DNA of 64,000 bases from Thermoanaerobaculia bacterium (GCA_044868005.1 JBIOVX010000245.1:44939-108938); one strand, 5' to 3'. Shown: positions 45,544-56,013, counted from the stretch's first letter. The notes: generated by a model from the sequence alone, not told the origin. Program-made: numbers and translations.

Positions 45544-45664
45544 GGCCGTACAGCGTGTGTCTGACTCTGCGGCTCAGTCGACAGCTCGGACTGGCCCGCG
45601 GCTGCATTTTACTCTGCTTCCCTCTGAAACCCTCCCGGCACCGTCCGGGATTTCGGAGCGACTT

Positions 45665-45700
45665 GCACGGGAGGACAGTCCGGCACGGGAGGACAGTCCG
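45665..45700 (+). repeat. perfect tandem duplication of 18 bp (gcacgggaggacagtccg x2)
   Basis: Each unit holds the palindrome GGACaGTCC. Located in the 5' region of the secreted protein gene. Confidence 0.85.
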
Positions 45701-45758
45701 AGTGATGACGCGCGTAAGTTCAGCATTAGTTAGCATTTCTAGCCAAGGAGGATCGATC

Positions 45759-46751
45759 ATGAAACACAGGCGCGTCGCTCCAACCTTACTGAGCGTCTTA
45801 CTAGTTGCACCGGCCGACGCCTTTGCCCTTGATTTTCTAGCCCCGCTCCTGAACATCACTGCACCGGTGACCGTCTATCAGAGCAATCTCTTAACCTACC
45901 ACGATGCAGGCGCGGAGAAAGTCGCGGCCGATCCGGCCACGTTTCCGATCCAACTCGATCCGCAGTTTAATCAGAATTCCGTGCACATGTTAGCTCCGGA
46001 CCCCACTGAGATAACAATAACTCTTCCCTCAATCGATGAAGAAGTGCCGAACAGATTACCGAAAGGCACTTCGGCTACTCCGACACCACCACCGGTAACT
46101 TGCAAAAGCTCGGAACACACCCTTCTTCTGGACGGACACACTGTAGTTCGAAATGTTCGCTGGCGAAAAGGTGACGGTAGTTCCGGGTGCGGAACAGCCA
46201 TTCCTCATCGCCTGACGGCCGGCCATTTCTGGTTCATCGATTCCCAAAGTCTCGACCTGAGCTGCAAGGCGCTGAGGCGCCCAGCGGTCTTCTGGCTTGC
46301 CTGCGCAGGGCTGACAAATACAGTCGAGGTATGGATCGATGCGGTCAATAACGCCAATCCGAGTATTCAAAAACAATATTATAGCCCGATCGGGAAACTG
46401 GTCTCATTTTTTGATAACAGGGCTCTTCAGGTCGGCCCAAATACCTCCCCTCAATTTAGTACGCTAAACTGCGGGAGTACTTTTGAGGTAGATAAGGGGA
46501 CTTCAGGCACTCTCTCTGTTTTCGTTAAAGATAATCAAAATGACAACATTGTGGGCACAGTAAGAATTTTGAAAGGAGGCAATGCTGTGACGCTTGACCC
46601 ACAGTGGGTTAACCCTGTTTCAGGTGCAGGAACATACTTACAGACAATCGTTGCATTTCCTGAAGTCGGTGATTATATCATCGGCGTGGAGGCGAAGGAC
46701 ACATTGAGCCTAATTCCAACCCTTTGCACTATCGGAGTGAAGGTGAAATAG
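45759..46751 (+). CDS. secreted hypothetical protein (low GC)
   Basis: AAGGAGG RBS. Signal peptide MKHRRVAPTLLSVLLVAPADA. 330 aa with no recognisable domain. Confidence 0.65.
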   Translation: MKHRRVAPTLLSVLLVAPADAFALDFLAPLLNITAPVTVYQSNLLTYHDAGAEKVAADPATFPIQLDPQFNQNSVHMLAPDPTEITITLPSIDEEVPNRLPKGTSATPTPPPVTCKSSEHTLLLDGHTVVRNVRWRKGDGSSGCGTAIPHRLTAGHFWFIDSQSLDLSCKALRRPAVFWLACAGLTNTVEVWIDAVNNANPSIQKQYYSPIGKLVSFFDNRALQVGPNTSPQFSTLNCGSTFEVDKGTSGTLSVFVKDNQNDNIVGTVRILKGGNAVTLDPQWVNPVSGAGTYLQTIVAFPEVGDYIIGVEAKDTLSLIPTLCTIGVKVK

Positions 46752-46843
46752 TTTTCTTAACCCTAGAAATCATACCCGCGTTACCTTGGAGCGGCAATGC
46801 TTTGTCAAGCCTATGCAAGCAGTGAGGCGACTGGTGCTATCCT

Positions 46844-47065
46844 ATGGTCCAGCGGGTGGGCCCGCTGGCTTTCTTCGGCCTGGCCGATCTCTTTATTGTG
46901 GCTTGCTTGCTCTACGACCTCGTCGCGCGCTCGGGACGCATCCACCGCGCCACAGTGTGGGGTGGTTTGTTGATCGTCATCTCGCACCCCCTTCGGCTGG
47001 TGATCGGGAACACGCCGGCCTGGCTGGCGTTTGCGACTTGGCTGACTCACTGGGTTGATGGATGA
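46844..47065 (+). CDS. small two-TM membrane protein, hypothetical
   Basis: 73 aa. MVQRVGPLAFFGLADLFIVACLLYDLVARSG..GGLLIVISHPLRLVIGNTPAWLAFATWL. Weak RBS. Confidence 0.3.
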   Translation: MVQRVGPLAFFGLADLFIVACLLYDLVARSGRIHRATVWGGLLIVISHPLRLVIGNTPAWLAFATWLTHWVDG

Positions 47066-47127
47066 GACCGGTGGCGGAGCGAACCGGGGCCGAGCTTTGA
47101 TCGATTCCGGCGGCTCCGCAGGCTGCA

Positions 47128-47785
47128 GGCGGTTCCCCCCGGGAGCAGAGACCTCGCCTCGCGGAGCGCAGACGTCCCGCTGGCCGGCGCAGACCTCCCC
47201 CTGGCGAACGGAGACCGCCCCCTCGGCTGCTGAGGCATTCCGCTTGCGAACCGAACCATTCCGCTCGCCGTCCGGACCATTCCCCCCGGCTGCCGAAGCA
47301 TGCCCCTCGCCCGCTGAGGCATTCCCCCGGCGATCTGGAGCATTCCCCCTGCCTGCTGGATCATTCCCCCCGCGGTCTGAATCATTCCGCTTGCGAACTA
47401 AAACATTCCCCCTCACTGCCGAAGCATTCCCCCTGATCGCGGAGTCATTCCTCCCGCGAGCGGAAACATTCCGCTCTCCTCCTCGCGCATTCCCCCCGGG
47501 AGCGGAATCATCCCCCCCGGCTGCCGAATGAGCCCGCTCGCGGGGGGAATGACTCAGATGCCGAGGGGAATGCTCCAGTTACCGAGCGGAATGCTCCCGC
47601 TGCTGAGCGGAAGGCTCGCGTTACGGAGCGGGATGCTCCCGCTGCCGAGCGGAGAGACCCAGCAGGCGAGCGCCATGAGCCGTCTCCCTTGCGGAATGTT
47701 CTGGCGCTCCCGACGAATGTTCCAGTCGCCGGTACCGGAAGCGCTGCAGCGGAGCGGAATGCGCGCGCGCACCGGGGGCGCCCCT
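47128..47785. repeat. ~31 tandem 21-bp repeats (core CATTCCCCC) forming a giant dyad
   Basis: Left block repeats carry CATTCC on the plus strand (cattccccccggctgccgaag / cattccgcttgcgaaccgaac ..). Past ~47527 the units switch to GGGGAATG (gggggaatgactcagatgccga / ggggaatgctccagttaccgag ..). Heptad-like ORFs on both strands are translation artefacts. Confidence 0.85.
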
Positions 47786-47997
47786 CGGCGCGTGGGGGCA
47801 ATGTTCGCGCGCCGCCGCGGCGCCTCACGTCTGCACGGGGGAAGGGGCGCGCGCCGCTGCTCCGCGAGGCGTTCCTTGCTCTGTTCGTACTCGTCGCGAG
47901 TCACAATGTGCGCAACTAGATCACAAATGCACGATGCGACGCGGGCACCGGGACAGTTCGCCTCGCGCTACACTCCCTGGCCAACAGAGGAGGAGCA

Positions 47998-50900
47998 CAT
48001 GGATCTCCGCCGCCTCGTCTCGTGCCTCGCCCCGACCCTGCTACTGGCCTCGGCCGCCGTATCGGCCGCCGCCGTGCCGCCGGAGGCCTACTCGGCCTTG
48101 CGCTGGCGCCTCGTCGGTCCGCTCCGCGCGGGCTGGGGCACCTGCGCCGCCGGGATTCCGGGCCAGCCGGAGACGTTCTACTTCGGCGCGGCCGACGGCG
48201 GCGTGTGGAAGACCACGGACGCGGGACGCACCTGGCAGCCGCTCTTCGAGCAGGAGGCGACCGGCGCGATCGGCGCTCTGGCGATCGCTCCCAGCGATCC
48301 GGCGGTGCTCTACGTGGGCACCGGCCAGGTCACCACCCGCTGGGACATCACGGCCGGCAACGGCGTCTACCGGTCCGGCGACGGCGGCAAGACGTGGGAG
48401 CACCGCGGCCTCGCCGGCAGCCGCCACATCGGCCGGCTGTGGATCGATCCGCGGGACGCCGACGTGGTGCTCGTCGCCGCCCAGGGCCATTTCTTCGGCC
48501 CCAACGCCGAGCGCGGCGTCTTCCGCTCCACCGACGGCGGCAAGACCTGGAGCAAGGTGCTCTTCGTGGACGAGAAGACCGGGGCCGTGGACCTCGCCGC
48601 GGATCCGACGGCGCCGGACGTCATCTTCGCCGCCACCTGGCAGGTGCGCCACTATCCCTGGCAGGCCTACTACATGCCGGGCATTGGACCGGGGAGCGGC
48701 ATCCACAAATCGGCCGACGGCGGCAAGACCTGGACGCGGCTCTCCGGCCACGGCCTGCCCGCCGGGCCGCTGGGACGCATCGGCCTCGCGGTGGCGCGCG
48801 GCAGCCGCGGCGCGCGCGTCTACGCCACCATCGACGCCGGCGCCGATTCCGGGCTCTACCGTTCCGACGACGGCGGCGCTTCCTGGCAGCGGGTCAATCC
48901 CACGGCGAGCCTCGCCGGCGCGTACTTCGCCATGGTGGAAGCGGATCCCAAGAATCCCGATACGGTGTACGCGACGGGACAGTCGCTGCGGCGCTCGACC
49001 GACGGCGGCAAGACCTTCTCCTTCGTCCGCGGCGCGCCAGGCGGCGACGACTATCACTTCCTGTGGATCGATCCGGACCACCCGGAGCGGATGATCACCG
49101 GCGCCGATCAAGGCACCATCGTCACCGTCAACGGCGGCGAGACGTGGAGCTCCTGGTACAACCAGCCGACCGGCCAGTTCTACCACCTGGCCACGGACGA
49201 CCGTTTCCCTTACTGGATCTACAGCGGCCAGCAGGACAGCGGCACGGTGGCGGTGGCGAGCCGCAGCGACTACGGCCAGCTCACCTTCCGCGACTGGCAT
49301 CCGGTGGGCGGCGACGAGCGCGACTACGACATTCCCTTTCCGGGCAATCCGGACATCGTGTACGGCAGCGGCCTCGGCGGCCGGCTTTCGCGCTGGGACG
49401 CGAAGACCGGACAGGTGCAGAACGTCGCGCCCTGGCCGGTGTCGAGCTACGGCCAGCGGCCGGCGGCGGTGCGCTTCCGCACCACCTGGATCACGCCGCT
49501 CGCCATCTCGCTCGTGCCGCCGCACGCGATCTATCTCGGCACCCAGGTGCTCTTCCGCTCGACCGACGGCGGGCAGAGCTGGGAGACCGTGAGCCCGGAC
49601 CTGACGGGCGCCGTGGCGGGAGCGGCGGGCTGCTCCGGCGACGTGCCCGTCGAGCGCGCGCGGGCCTGCGGCTACGGTGTCATCGCGACCATCGCGCCGT
49701 CGCCGCTGGAGAAAGACACCGTGTGGGTGGGAGCCGACGACGGCCTCATCCATCTGACGCGCGACGGCGGCAAGACCTGGCAAGACGTGACGCCGCGGGG
49801 GCTTCCGGACTGGAGCCGCGTCGCCCAGATCGACGCCTCGCCGACCGCGGCCGGCACCGCCTTCGCCGCCGTGGACCGCCACCGCCTGGACGACTTCCGG
49901 CCCTACGTCTACGTCACGCACGACTTCGGCAAGACGTGGCGCGAGGCGAGCGCCGGCCTGCCGGAGGATGGCTGGGTCGGCGTCGTGCGCCAGGATCCCG
50001 TCAAGGCGGACCTGCTGTTCGCCGGCACCAGCCGCGGCGTCTACGTCTCCTTCGACGACGGCGGAAGCTGGCAGCCGCTGCAGCTCAACCTGCCGACCTC
50101 CGGCGTCAACGACCTCACCATCCACGGCAACGATCTGATCGCCGCCACCGAGGGGCGGGCGATCTGGGTGCTGGACGACTTCACGCCCCTGCGTCACCTC
50201 AAAGGCGCGGACGCTGCGGCCGCCGCGCTCGTTCCGCCCGCCGCGGCCTATCGCGTCAACGCCAACCAGAACCGCGACACGCCGCTGCCGCTCGACGAGC
50301 CGACGCTCGCGAATCCGCCCGCCGGCGCGGTCATCGACTACGTCCTGCCGGCGGCGCCGCGCGATCCGATCATGATCGAGATCTTCGACGCTGACAGAAA
50401 AATCGCCCGCCGGTTCGGGAGCGACGAAAATCCTCAGCGTCCCAATGCGCGCCAGTACTTCGCCGACGACTGGCTGCAGCCGCTGAAGCCGCTGCCCGCG
50501 CGCGCCGGCCACAACCGCTTCGTGTGGAATCTCCGCACGATCAGACCGCCGGCGCCGGACTACGACTTCTCCATCGCCGCCGTGCCCGGAGTGGACACGC
50601 CCGTCGTGCCGCAGGGGCTCTTCGTGCCGCCGGGCAAGTACGAGGTCCGCCTCACCGCGGGCGGGCGCGTCGCGAGCCAGACCCTGACCGTGGAAATGGA
50701 CCCGCGGGTCCAGGTGGCGCCCGCCGACCTCGCGGCGCAGCGCGAATTCTACGGCGCGCTCACGCAGGCTCTGGAGCTCAGCACGTCGGCGCTGAAGCAG
50801 ATCCAGACGATCGCCGGCCGCCTGCAGAGCCTCGACGCGGAGCTCGCCGGCAACGCCGCCTTGCGAGAGACGGCCAAGAGGCTCGCGGCCGACCTCGACC

Positions 50901-51136
50901 GCTTCCACGCCGGCACCGCGGAGGAGAACCTCGACGCCATCTCCGGCGTCCTCACCGCGCAGGCCGTGGACATCGAGGGCTGCGATTGCGCGCCGACCGG
51001 GCCGCAACGCGAGGTCTACGAGATGTACAAGAAGCGGCTGGACGCGGCGATCGCGAAGTGGCAGTCACTGGATGGCCCGCTCACGGATCTCGACCGCCAG
51101 GTGCGCGCGGCGGGTCTGGCGCCGGTGGTGCCGTGA
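47998..51136 (+). CDS. secreted BNR/Asp-box repeat beta-propeller protein (sortilin/Vps10/GH74-like)
   Basis: Start ATG 47998 (AGAGGAGGAG RBS). Signal peptide MDLRRLVSCLAPTLLLASAAVSAAAV. More than 10 Asp-boxes (TDAGRTW, SGDGGKTW, STDGGKTW, SADGGKTW, ..). Confidence 0.8.
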
Positions 51137-51201
51137 TTTGACGACCTTTCGAGTGCCGCCTAGACTAGGTCTCAGCCGTAGCGATAGCAGGGAGTAAGAC
51201 C

Positions 51202-51339
51202 GTGAAAAAGGATGTCGCTCGTGAATCCTGGGCCCTTAGCACCAGCGACGTCTTTCTCGAGCTCATAGAGAAGGCACGGGCTGAGATCGCAATGGGCAAG
51301 AGTCTATCCCTAGAGGAGATGAAGGCAGCTCTCCAATGA
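51202..51339 (+). CDS. small hypothetical protein (45 aa), antitoxin-like C-terminus
   Basis: GTG start with GGGAG upstream. Reads VKKDVARESWALSTSDVFLELIEKARAEIAMGKSLSLEEMKAALQ. Stop overlaps the esterase ATG as ATGA. AT-richer patch. Confidence 0.35.
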   Translation: MKKDVARESWALSTSDVFLELIEKARAEIAMGKSLSLEEMKAALQ

Positions 51340-52079
51340 AATCCGTCTGGATCCTGATCGCCGCCTCCCTGCTCGCCGCGCCCGCCTTCGCCAAGCCGAG
51401 CATTGTGAAAGAGAAACTGGACCACGCGGGTATGTCTCGCACGTACTACCTCTATGTCCCGGAAGGTGCGGCCGAGAAGCAGCCGATGCCGCTGCTCCTG
51501 ACCTTTCACGGCTCGGGCCGAAACGGTAAGTCGCTGGTCGAGAAATGGACGAAGCTGGCGGATGCCAACGGCTTCATCGTCGCGGGTCTGGATGCCAAGA
51601 ACAGCGAGGGTTGGGCGATACCCGAGGACGGTCCGGACGCCGTCAAGGCGCTCGTCGACGCCCTGCGCGCGCGATATCCCGTGGATGAAGCCAGGGTCTA
51701 CATCTTCGGCCACTCCGCCGGCGCGGTGTTTGGACTGAAGCTGGGATTGCTGGAATCCGGGTACTTCGCCGCCGTGGCCGTCCACGCCGGCTCGTTCCGG
51801 CAGGCCGACGAGTTTCAGACCCTCCGCCTGGCGACGCGCAAGATCCCGTTCAAGATCATCGTCGGCGACCGCGACAACTTCTTTCCTCTTTCATCCGTGA
51901 AGGCCACCGCGGAGGCCCTCCAAAAGGAGGGCTTCACAGTGGATCTCGAGGTGGTGAGGGGACACGACCACTGGTACTACGATCGCGCGCAACGGTTCAA
52001 CGAGAGCGTCTGGCAGTTCATGAAGGACCAGAAGCTCACGAGCCCGCCCAATTACATCCAGTACAGGATTCTCCAGTAG
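51336..52079 (+). CDS. secreted esterase (PHB depolymerase/LpqC-like alpha/beta hydrolase)
   Basis: 247 aa with a signal peptide. Nucleophile elbow GHSAG. Confidence 0.75.
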   Translation: MKSVWILIAASLLAAPAFAKPSIVKEKLDHAGMSRTYYLYVPEGAAEKQPMPLLLTFHGSGRNGKSLVEKWTKLADANGFIVAGLDAKNSEGWAIPEDGPDAVKALVDALRARYPVDEARVYIFGHSAGAVFGLKLGLLESGYFAAVAVHAGSFRQADEFQTLRLATRKIPFKIIVGDRDNFFPLSSVKATAEALQKEGFTVDLEVVRGHDHWYYDRAQRFNESVWQFMKDQKLTSPPNYIQYRILQ

Positions 52080-52081
52080 CC

Positions 52082-52537
52082 ATGTTCTCCATGGAGCCGA
52101 TCGGCGTCGTTCGCAGCCCTTTCCTGGACACGGCGCAGGTCCCCAAAGGCCTCGGCGCCGAGCATCATGCCGAGGGAATTCTGGAGATCCTGCCGCACTT
52201 CGAATCCGGCCTCGCCGACGTCGAAGGCTTTTCTCATCTCTACGTTCTCTGGGTCTTCGATCGCGCCGGCGGCTGCGAGCTGCTCGCCTTCCCGCCCGCG
52301 GACAACCGACGGCACGGCGTCTTCGCCACACGTTCGCCCCAGCGCCCGAACCCGATCGGGTTGACGGTCGTCGAACTGCTGCGTCGCGAGGGTGCCAAAC
52401 TTTTCGTCCGCGGCGTGGACATGCTGGACGGCACGCCGATCCTGGACATCAAGCCGTACCTCTCCAGCGTCCCTGCCCACGAGCTTCGTCGCGGCTGGCT
52501 TGATGAGGCTGAAGCGCGGTCCCGCGCGGGCGGTTAA
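52082..52537 (+). CDS. trmO: tRNA (t6A37) methyltransferase TrmO (TsaA/YaeB family)
   Basis: 151 aa. MEPIGVVRSPF.. and ..RPNPIGLTVVEL..GVDMLDGTPILDIKPY. Confidence 0.85.
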   Translation: MFSMEPIGVVRSPFLDTAQVPKGLGAEHHAEGILEILPHFESGLADVEGFSHLYVLWVFDRAGGCELLAFPPADNRRHGVFATRSPQRPNPIGLTVVELLRREGAKLFVRGVDMLDGTPILDIKPYLSSVPAHELRRGWLDEAEARSRAGG

Positions 52538-52553
52538 TCCGGCGTCGTTCGCG

Positions 52554-53813
52554 ATGCCCCGACTGGCCGTCGCCCTCGTCTGGCTCTACCAGGGCCTGTG
52601 GTGCAAGCTGTTCGGCCGCTGTCCGGGGCACCGGGCCATCGTCGAGGCAGTGCCGGGGCTGGCCGGTCCGACGGGCACGCTCGTACTGGCAGGGCTGGGG
52701 ACGATCGAGACCGGGCTCGCCGTCTGGGTGCTCTCCGGCTGGCGTCCGCGCTGGGCCGCCGCGGCGCAGACCCTCCTGCTCCTCGGCATGAACGGCGGCG
52801 GGCTGCTCTGGGGACGCGAGCACATCGCGGATCCCGGCGCCCTGATCACGCAGAACCTCGCCTTCCTCACCCTCGTGTGGCTGGTCGCCGCGCGGACGGC
52901 GAAGCGCGGCGAGAGCGGCGAGGCCACTCCCTGGGAGCGCGGCCGGCTGGATGAGAGCAGCGGCCCGCCGCAGCTCCTCTTCGGCCGCATGCACGAAGAC
53001 TGGCGGATCGAGGCCGAGGTGTTCCCGCCGGGCGGCCGCATCTTCTGCATCGCCTCCTCCGGCGACACCGCCCTGGCGCTCGCCGCCCGCGGCTTCCGCG
53101 TCACGGCGGTGGACGTCAACCCGGCGCAGATCGAGTACGCGCGGGCCCGCGCCGCAGGCGCACCGCCGCGCGCCGGCATCGTCGATGGACGTCTGGCGCT
53201 GGTGCGGCGGACCTTCCCCTGGCTCGGCTGGCGCGAGCAAGATCTGCGGCGCTTTCTCGAGCTCGCCGAGCCCGCCGAGCAGACGGCCTTCTGGCAGCAG
53301 CGGCTGAACACCTTCCGCCTGCGCGCGGTCCTGCTTTTCCTGCTGCATCCCGCGGTCCTGCGCCTCACCCACGGCCGCCGTTTCGTCGACTGGGTGCCGC
53401 CGCGATTCGACCGTTCGATCCGCTGGCGGCTGGAGCGCACCTGGGCGAACCATCCGAACCGCGAGAACCCTTTCGCCTGGCGCCTGCTGCTCGGCTGCGA
53501 GCCGCCTGTAGGCGAGCCGGACGCGCAAGGTGAGGCATCCGCTGAGATCGACTTCGTCAATGCCGATGCCGCGGAGCTCCTCGCCGGCGGCCCCGCCGCA
53601 CGCTTCGACGGCTTCACCCTCTCGAACATCCTCGACGCCGCTCCCGGGGCCTATCGCGACCGCCTCCTCGCCGCCGTCCGTCACGCCGCGGCGCCGGGAG
53701 CGATCGTGGTACTGCGCAGCTTCGGCGAGCCGAAAAACGACAAAGAAGCCGAATGGGCGGCGCGCGATCGTTCGCTGCTGTGGGGGGCCGTGGAGGTGAG
53801 CGAGATAGAATGA
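52554..53813 (+). CDS. DoxX-like membrane domain fused to a putative SAM-dependent transferase domain
   Basis: N-terminus MPRLAVALVWLYQGLWCKLFG.. (DoxX-like, 4 TM). C-terminal ..GRIFCIASSGDTALALAARGFRVTAVDVNPAQI.. is a Rossmann-like SAM-binding pattern. Start chosen after the trmO stop. Confidence 0.55.
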   Translation: MPRLAVALVWLYQGLWCKLFGRCPGHRAIVEAVPGLAGPTGTLVLAGLGTIETGLAVWVLSGWRPRWAAAAQTLLLLGMNGGGLLWGREHIADPGALITQNLAFLTLVWLVAARTAKRGESGEATPWERGRLDESSGPPQLLFGRMHEDWRIEAEVFPPGGRIFCIASSGDTALALAARGFRVTAVDVNPAQIEYARARAAGAPPRAGIVDGRLALVRRTFPWLGWREQDLRRFLELAEPAEQTAFWQQRLNTFRLRAVLLFLLHPAVLRLTHGRRFVDWVPPRFDRSIRWRLERTWANHPNRENPFAWRLLLGCEPPVGEPDAQGEASAEIDFVNADAAELLAGGPAARFDGFTLSNILDAAPGAYRDRLLAAVRHAAAPGAIVVLRSFGEPKNDKEAEWAARDRSLLWGAVEVSEIE

Positions 53814-53820
53814 AAGAGCC

Positions 53821-54594
53821 ATGCTCCACCTCCTCAAGCGGCACCCGCTGCCGGTGCGGGCCTTCTTCCGGCATTGCCTCGTCCTGACCTACGCGTTTCC
53901 CGAGCGTGTGCTGATTCCCTTGCTGCCGCCGGGGCTCCTGCTGGACAGTTATCAGGGTCTCGGCTTCCTGGCCATCGCCATGGTGCAGACGGAGAAGCTG
54001 CGGCCGGTGGGCGTTCCGGCTGCACTCGGGCAGGACTTCTTCCTCACCGGCTACCGCATCTTCTCGCGCTTCCGCACGGCGGCCGGGCGGACGCTGCGCG
54101 GCCTCCGCATCCTGCGCAGCGACGCCGACCGCGAGCTCATGGTGCAGGCGGGCAACCTGCTGACCCACTACAACTATGTCAAGTGCGACACTCGGCTGCA
54201 CGCGGAGGACGGCAAGCTGGAGGTGCGCATCGATACCGGCGGCGAGGCCGATCTCCACGTCATCGCGGACCTCGCCGGCAAGCCCGCGCCGCTGCCCGCC
54301 GGCTCGCCGTTCGCGACGCTCCAGGAAGCCCGCAAGTTCGCCGGGCCGCTCCCCTGGACCTTCGACTACGAGCCGGAGACACACTCGATCGTCCGCATCC
54401 AGGGCGTGCGCCAGCGCTGGAATCCCGAGCCCGTCGCCGTCGAGGTGCGCCAGTGCACTTTCCTGGAGCGCGAGCCGTTCGCCCGCGAGCAGGCCGTCCT
54501 CGCCAGCGCCTTCCACCTCCAGGACGTGCCCTACCGCTGGGAGCGTGGCATCCTCGAGCCGCTGCCGCGGACGGCCGAGGAGCCCCGAGCGTGA
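53821..54594 (+). CDS. conserved hypothetical protein
   Basis: 257 aa with no clear motif. Its stop overlaps the next GTG start as GTGA. Confidence 0.55.
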   Translation: MLHLLKRHPLPVRAFFRHCLVLTYAFPERVLIPLLPPGLLLDSYQGLGFLAIAMVQTEKLRPVGVPAALGQDFFLTGYRIFSRFRTAAGRTLRGLRILRSDADRELMVQAGNLLTHYNYVKCDTRLHAEDGKLEVRIDTGGEADLHVIADLAGKPAPLPAGSPFATLQEARKFAGPLPWTFDYEPETHSIVRIQGVRQRWNPEPVAVEVRQCTFLEREPFAREQAVLASAFHLQDVPYRWERGILEPLPRTAEEPRA

Positions 54595-55358
54595 GCGACG
54601 GCGCCGCGCCGCGCGGTCCCTACCATGGGTTGTTGCAGATCCTGCGCTACAACCAGCCGGTGTTCGCCAAGACCGGCGTGGCGGCGCTGGCGGCGATCCT
54701 CGCGGTCGTGTTGCTGCCGATGCCACGGTTCGTCGCCGTGCTCGCCACGGCCGCGACCGCCGCGGCCTTGCTCTGGTCGGCCTCTTCGCTCCTCGTCTCC
54801 CACTGGATCTACGACCGTTCGCCGCTGAGTGAATGGGACTGGCTCGCCGGCCTGTTTCCGGCGCCGCCGCGGCGCTGGACGAGCCTCCACGCGGGACTGG
54901 ACGAGACATTCGGCGCCCTCGCCCGGATCTTCCCGGCCGAGGCCGGCACGGTGCTCGACATCTACGATCCGGTGGAGATGACCGAGCCGTCCATCGCGCG
55001 GGCGCGGCGGCTGTCGCTCGACCGTTCCGCCAAGCCGGCGGATTTCAGGTCTCTGCCACTGCCGGACAGCTCGCAGGACGCGGTCTTCCTCATCTTCGCC
55101 GTTCACGAGCTGCGCCGGCCGGAGTCGCGCCTCCGCCTCTTCCAGGAGATCGCCCGCGTGCTCGCTCCCGGCGGCAGGGCGGTGCTCGTCGAGCATCTCC
55201 GTGACGAGCGGAACTTCCTCGCCTTCGGGCCGGGCTTTCTCCACTTCCTGCCCCGGCGCGAATGGCTGCGCGTCGCCGCTGCCGCGGGTCTCGCCGTGCG
55301 TGAAGAGCGCCGCGTCACGCCGTTCGTGGCCGTCCTGGTGCTGGAGAAGCGGGCGTGA
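54591..55358 (+). CDS. class I SAM-dependent methyltransferase with N-terminal TM helices
   Basis: GTG start. ..[37 protein letters not shown] is an MT fold. 255 aa. Confidence 0.65.
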   Translation: MSDGAAPRGPYHGLLQILRYNQPVFAKTGVAALAAILAVVLLPMPRFVAVLATAATAAALLWSASSLLVSHWIYDRSPLSEWDWLAGLFPAPPRRWTSLHAGLDETFGALARIFPAEAGTVLDIYDPVEMTEPSIARARRLSLDRSAKPADFRSLPLPDSSQDAVFLIFAVHELRRPESRLRLFQEIARVLAPGGRAVLVEHLRDERNFLAFGPGFLHFLPRREWLRVAAAAGLAVREERRVTPFVAVLVLEKRA

Positions 55359-55774
55359 GCCTCGAGGTCCACCTGCGGATCGCAGGCGTTCTGTTGCTTC
55401 TCCTCGCCGCCGCCCATCCATTCTTCCCCAAGCAGCTCGGCTGGAAGGAGGATCTCGCCAAGCTCACGCTGCTCAACCGTCAGATCTTCCTCGTGCACGC
55501 CGGTTTCATCGTGCTCATCCTGGTGCTCTTCGGTGTGCTCGCCCTCTTCTTTGCCGCCGATCTCGTCGCGCCGTCGCGTCTCGCCGCGGCGGTGCTCGCC
55601 GGGCTGACGCTGTTTTGGAGCCTCCGCCTGGTGACTCAACAGCTCATCTACGATCGGAGCCTTTGGCGGGGGAATCGCCGCAACACGATCCTCCATATCC
55701 TGGCGAGCCTCTTGTGGACCTATCTGGTGATCGTCTTCGGATGGGGCTGGTGGCGGCAGGTGAAGGGCGGGTAG
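55355..55774 (+). CDS. 4-TM membrane protein, hypothetical
   Basis: 139 aa. GTGA-coupled to the preceding gene. Confidence 0.55.
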   Translation: MSLEVHLRIAGVLLLLLAAAHPFFPKQLGWKEDLAKLTLLNRQIFLVHAGFIVLILVLFGVLALFFAADLVAPSRLAAAVLAGLTLFWSLRLVTQQLIYDRSLWRGNRRNTILHILASLLWTYLVIVFGWGWWRQVKGG

Positions 55775-56013
55775 GCTGCAGGTCGAATTCCGTCCTGGCG
55801 TGTCCTCAATTGTGGTTTGGCGCATGAAGTAGCGAAGAAGCAACATTCGTGACGGCTGTCCGCCTATCCTGCATGAATCTCGCCTTGCGGGCCGCGCAGC
55901 CCGGACCGGCCCCTCGAAAGTCGTATAAGAGCAACAATTCCTCGGATTAGAGGATATTCGTACCACTTTTCCCGCCATTGACCCAATGATTTCAACTACT
56001 TACGATCGAGGTC

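Larger units (their letters stand above)
43390..46760. other. low-GC (~50-58%) islet in a ~70% GC background
   Basis: Compositional drop over the two genes 43723..45543 and 45759..46751. No tRNA, integrase or flanking direct repeats were detected by eye. Confidence 0.6.

Noticed and set aside
47055-47828. Heptad-repeat proteins (FP/GGM repeats) encoded on both strands of the 21-bp array
   Set aside because: The conserved core is contiguous nucleotides rather than codon-wise. There are no signal or start contexts. The same heptads arise on both strands purely from dyad symmetry, so a non-coding array is more likely.
47528-47997. N-terminal 157-aa extension of the BNR protein ORF
   Set aside because: A strong RBS and a textbook signal peptide begin at 47998. 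The upstream in-frame segment is the repeat array.
48041-51007. 988-aa minus-strand ORF
   Set aside because: Antisense to the BNR-repeat gene; GC-rich frame artefact.
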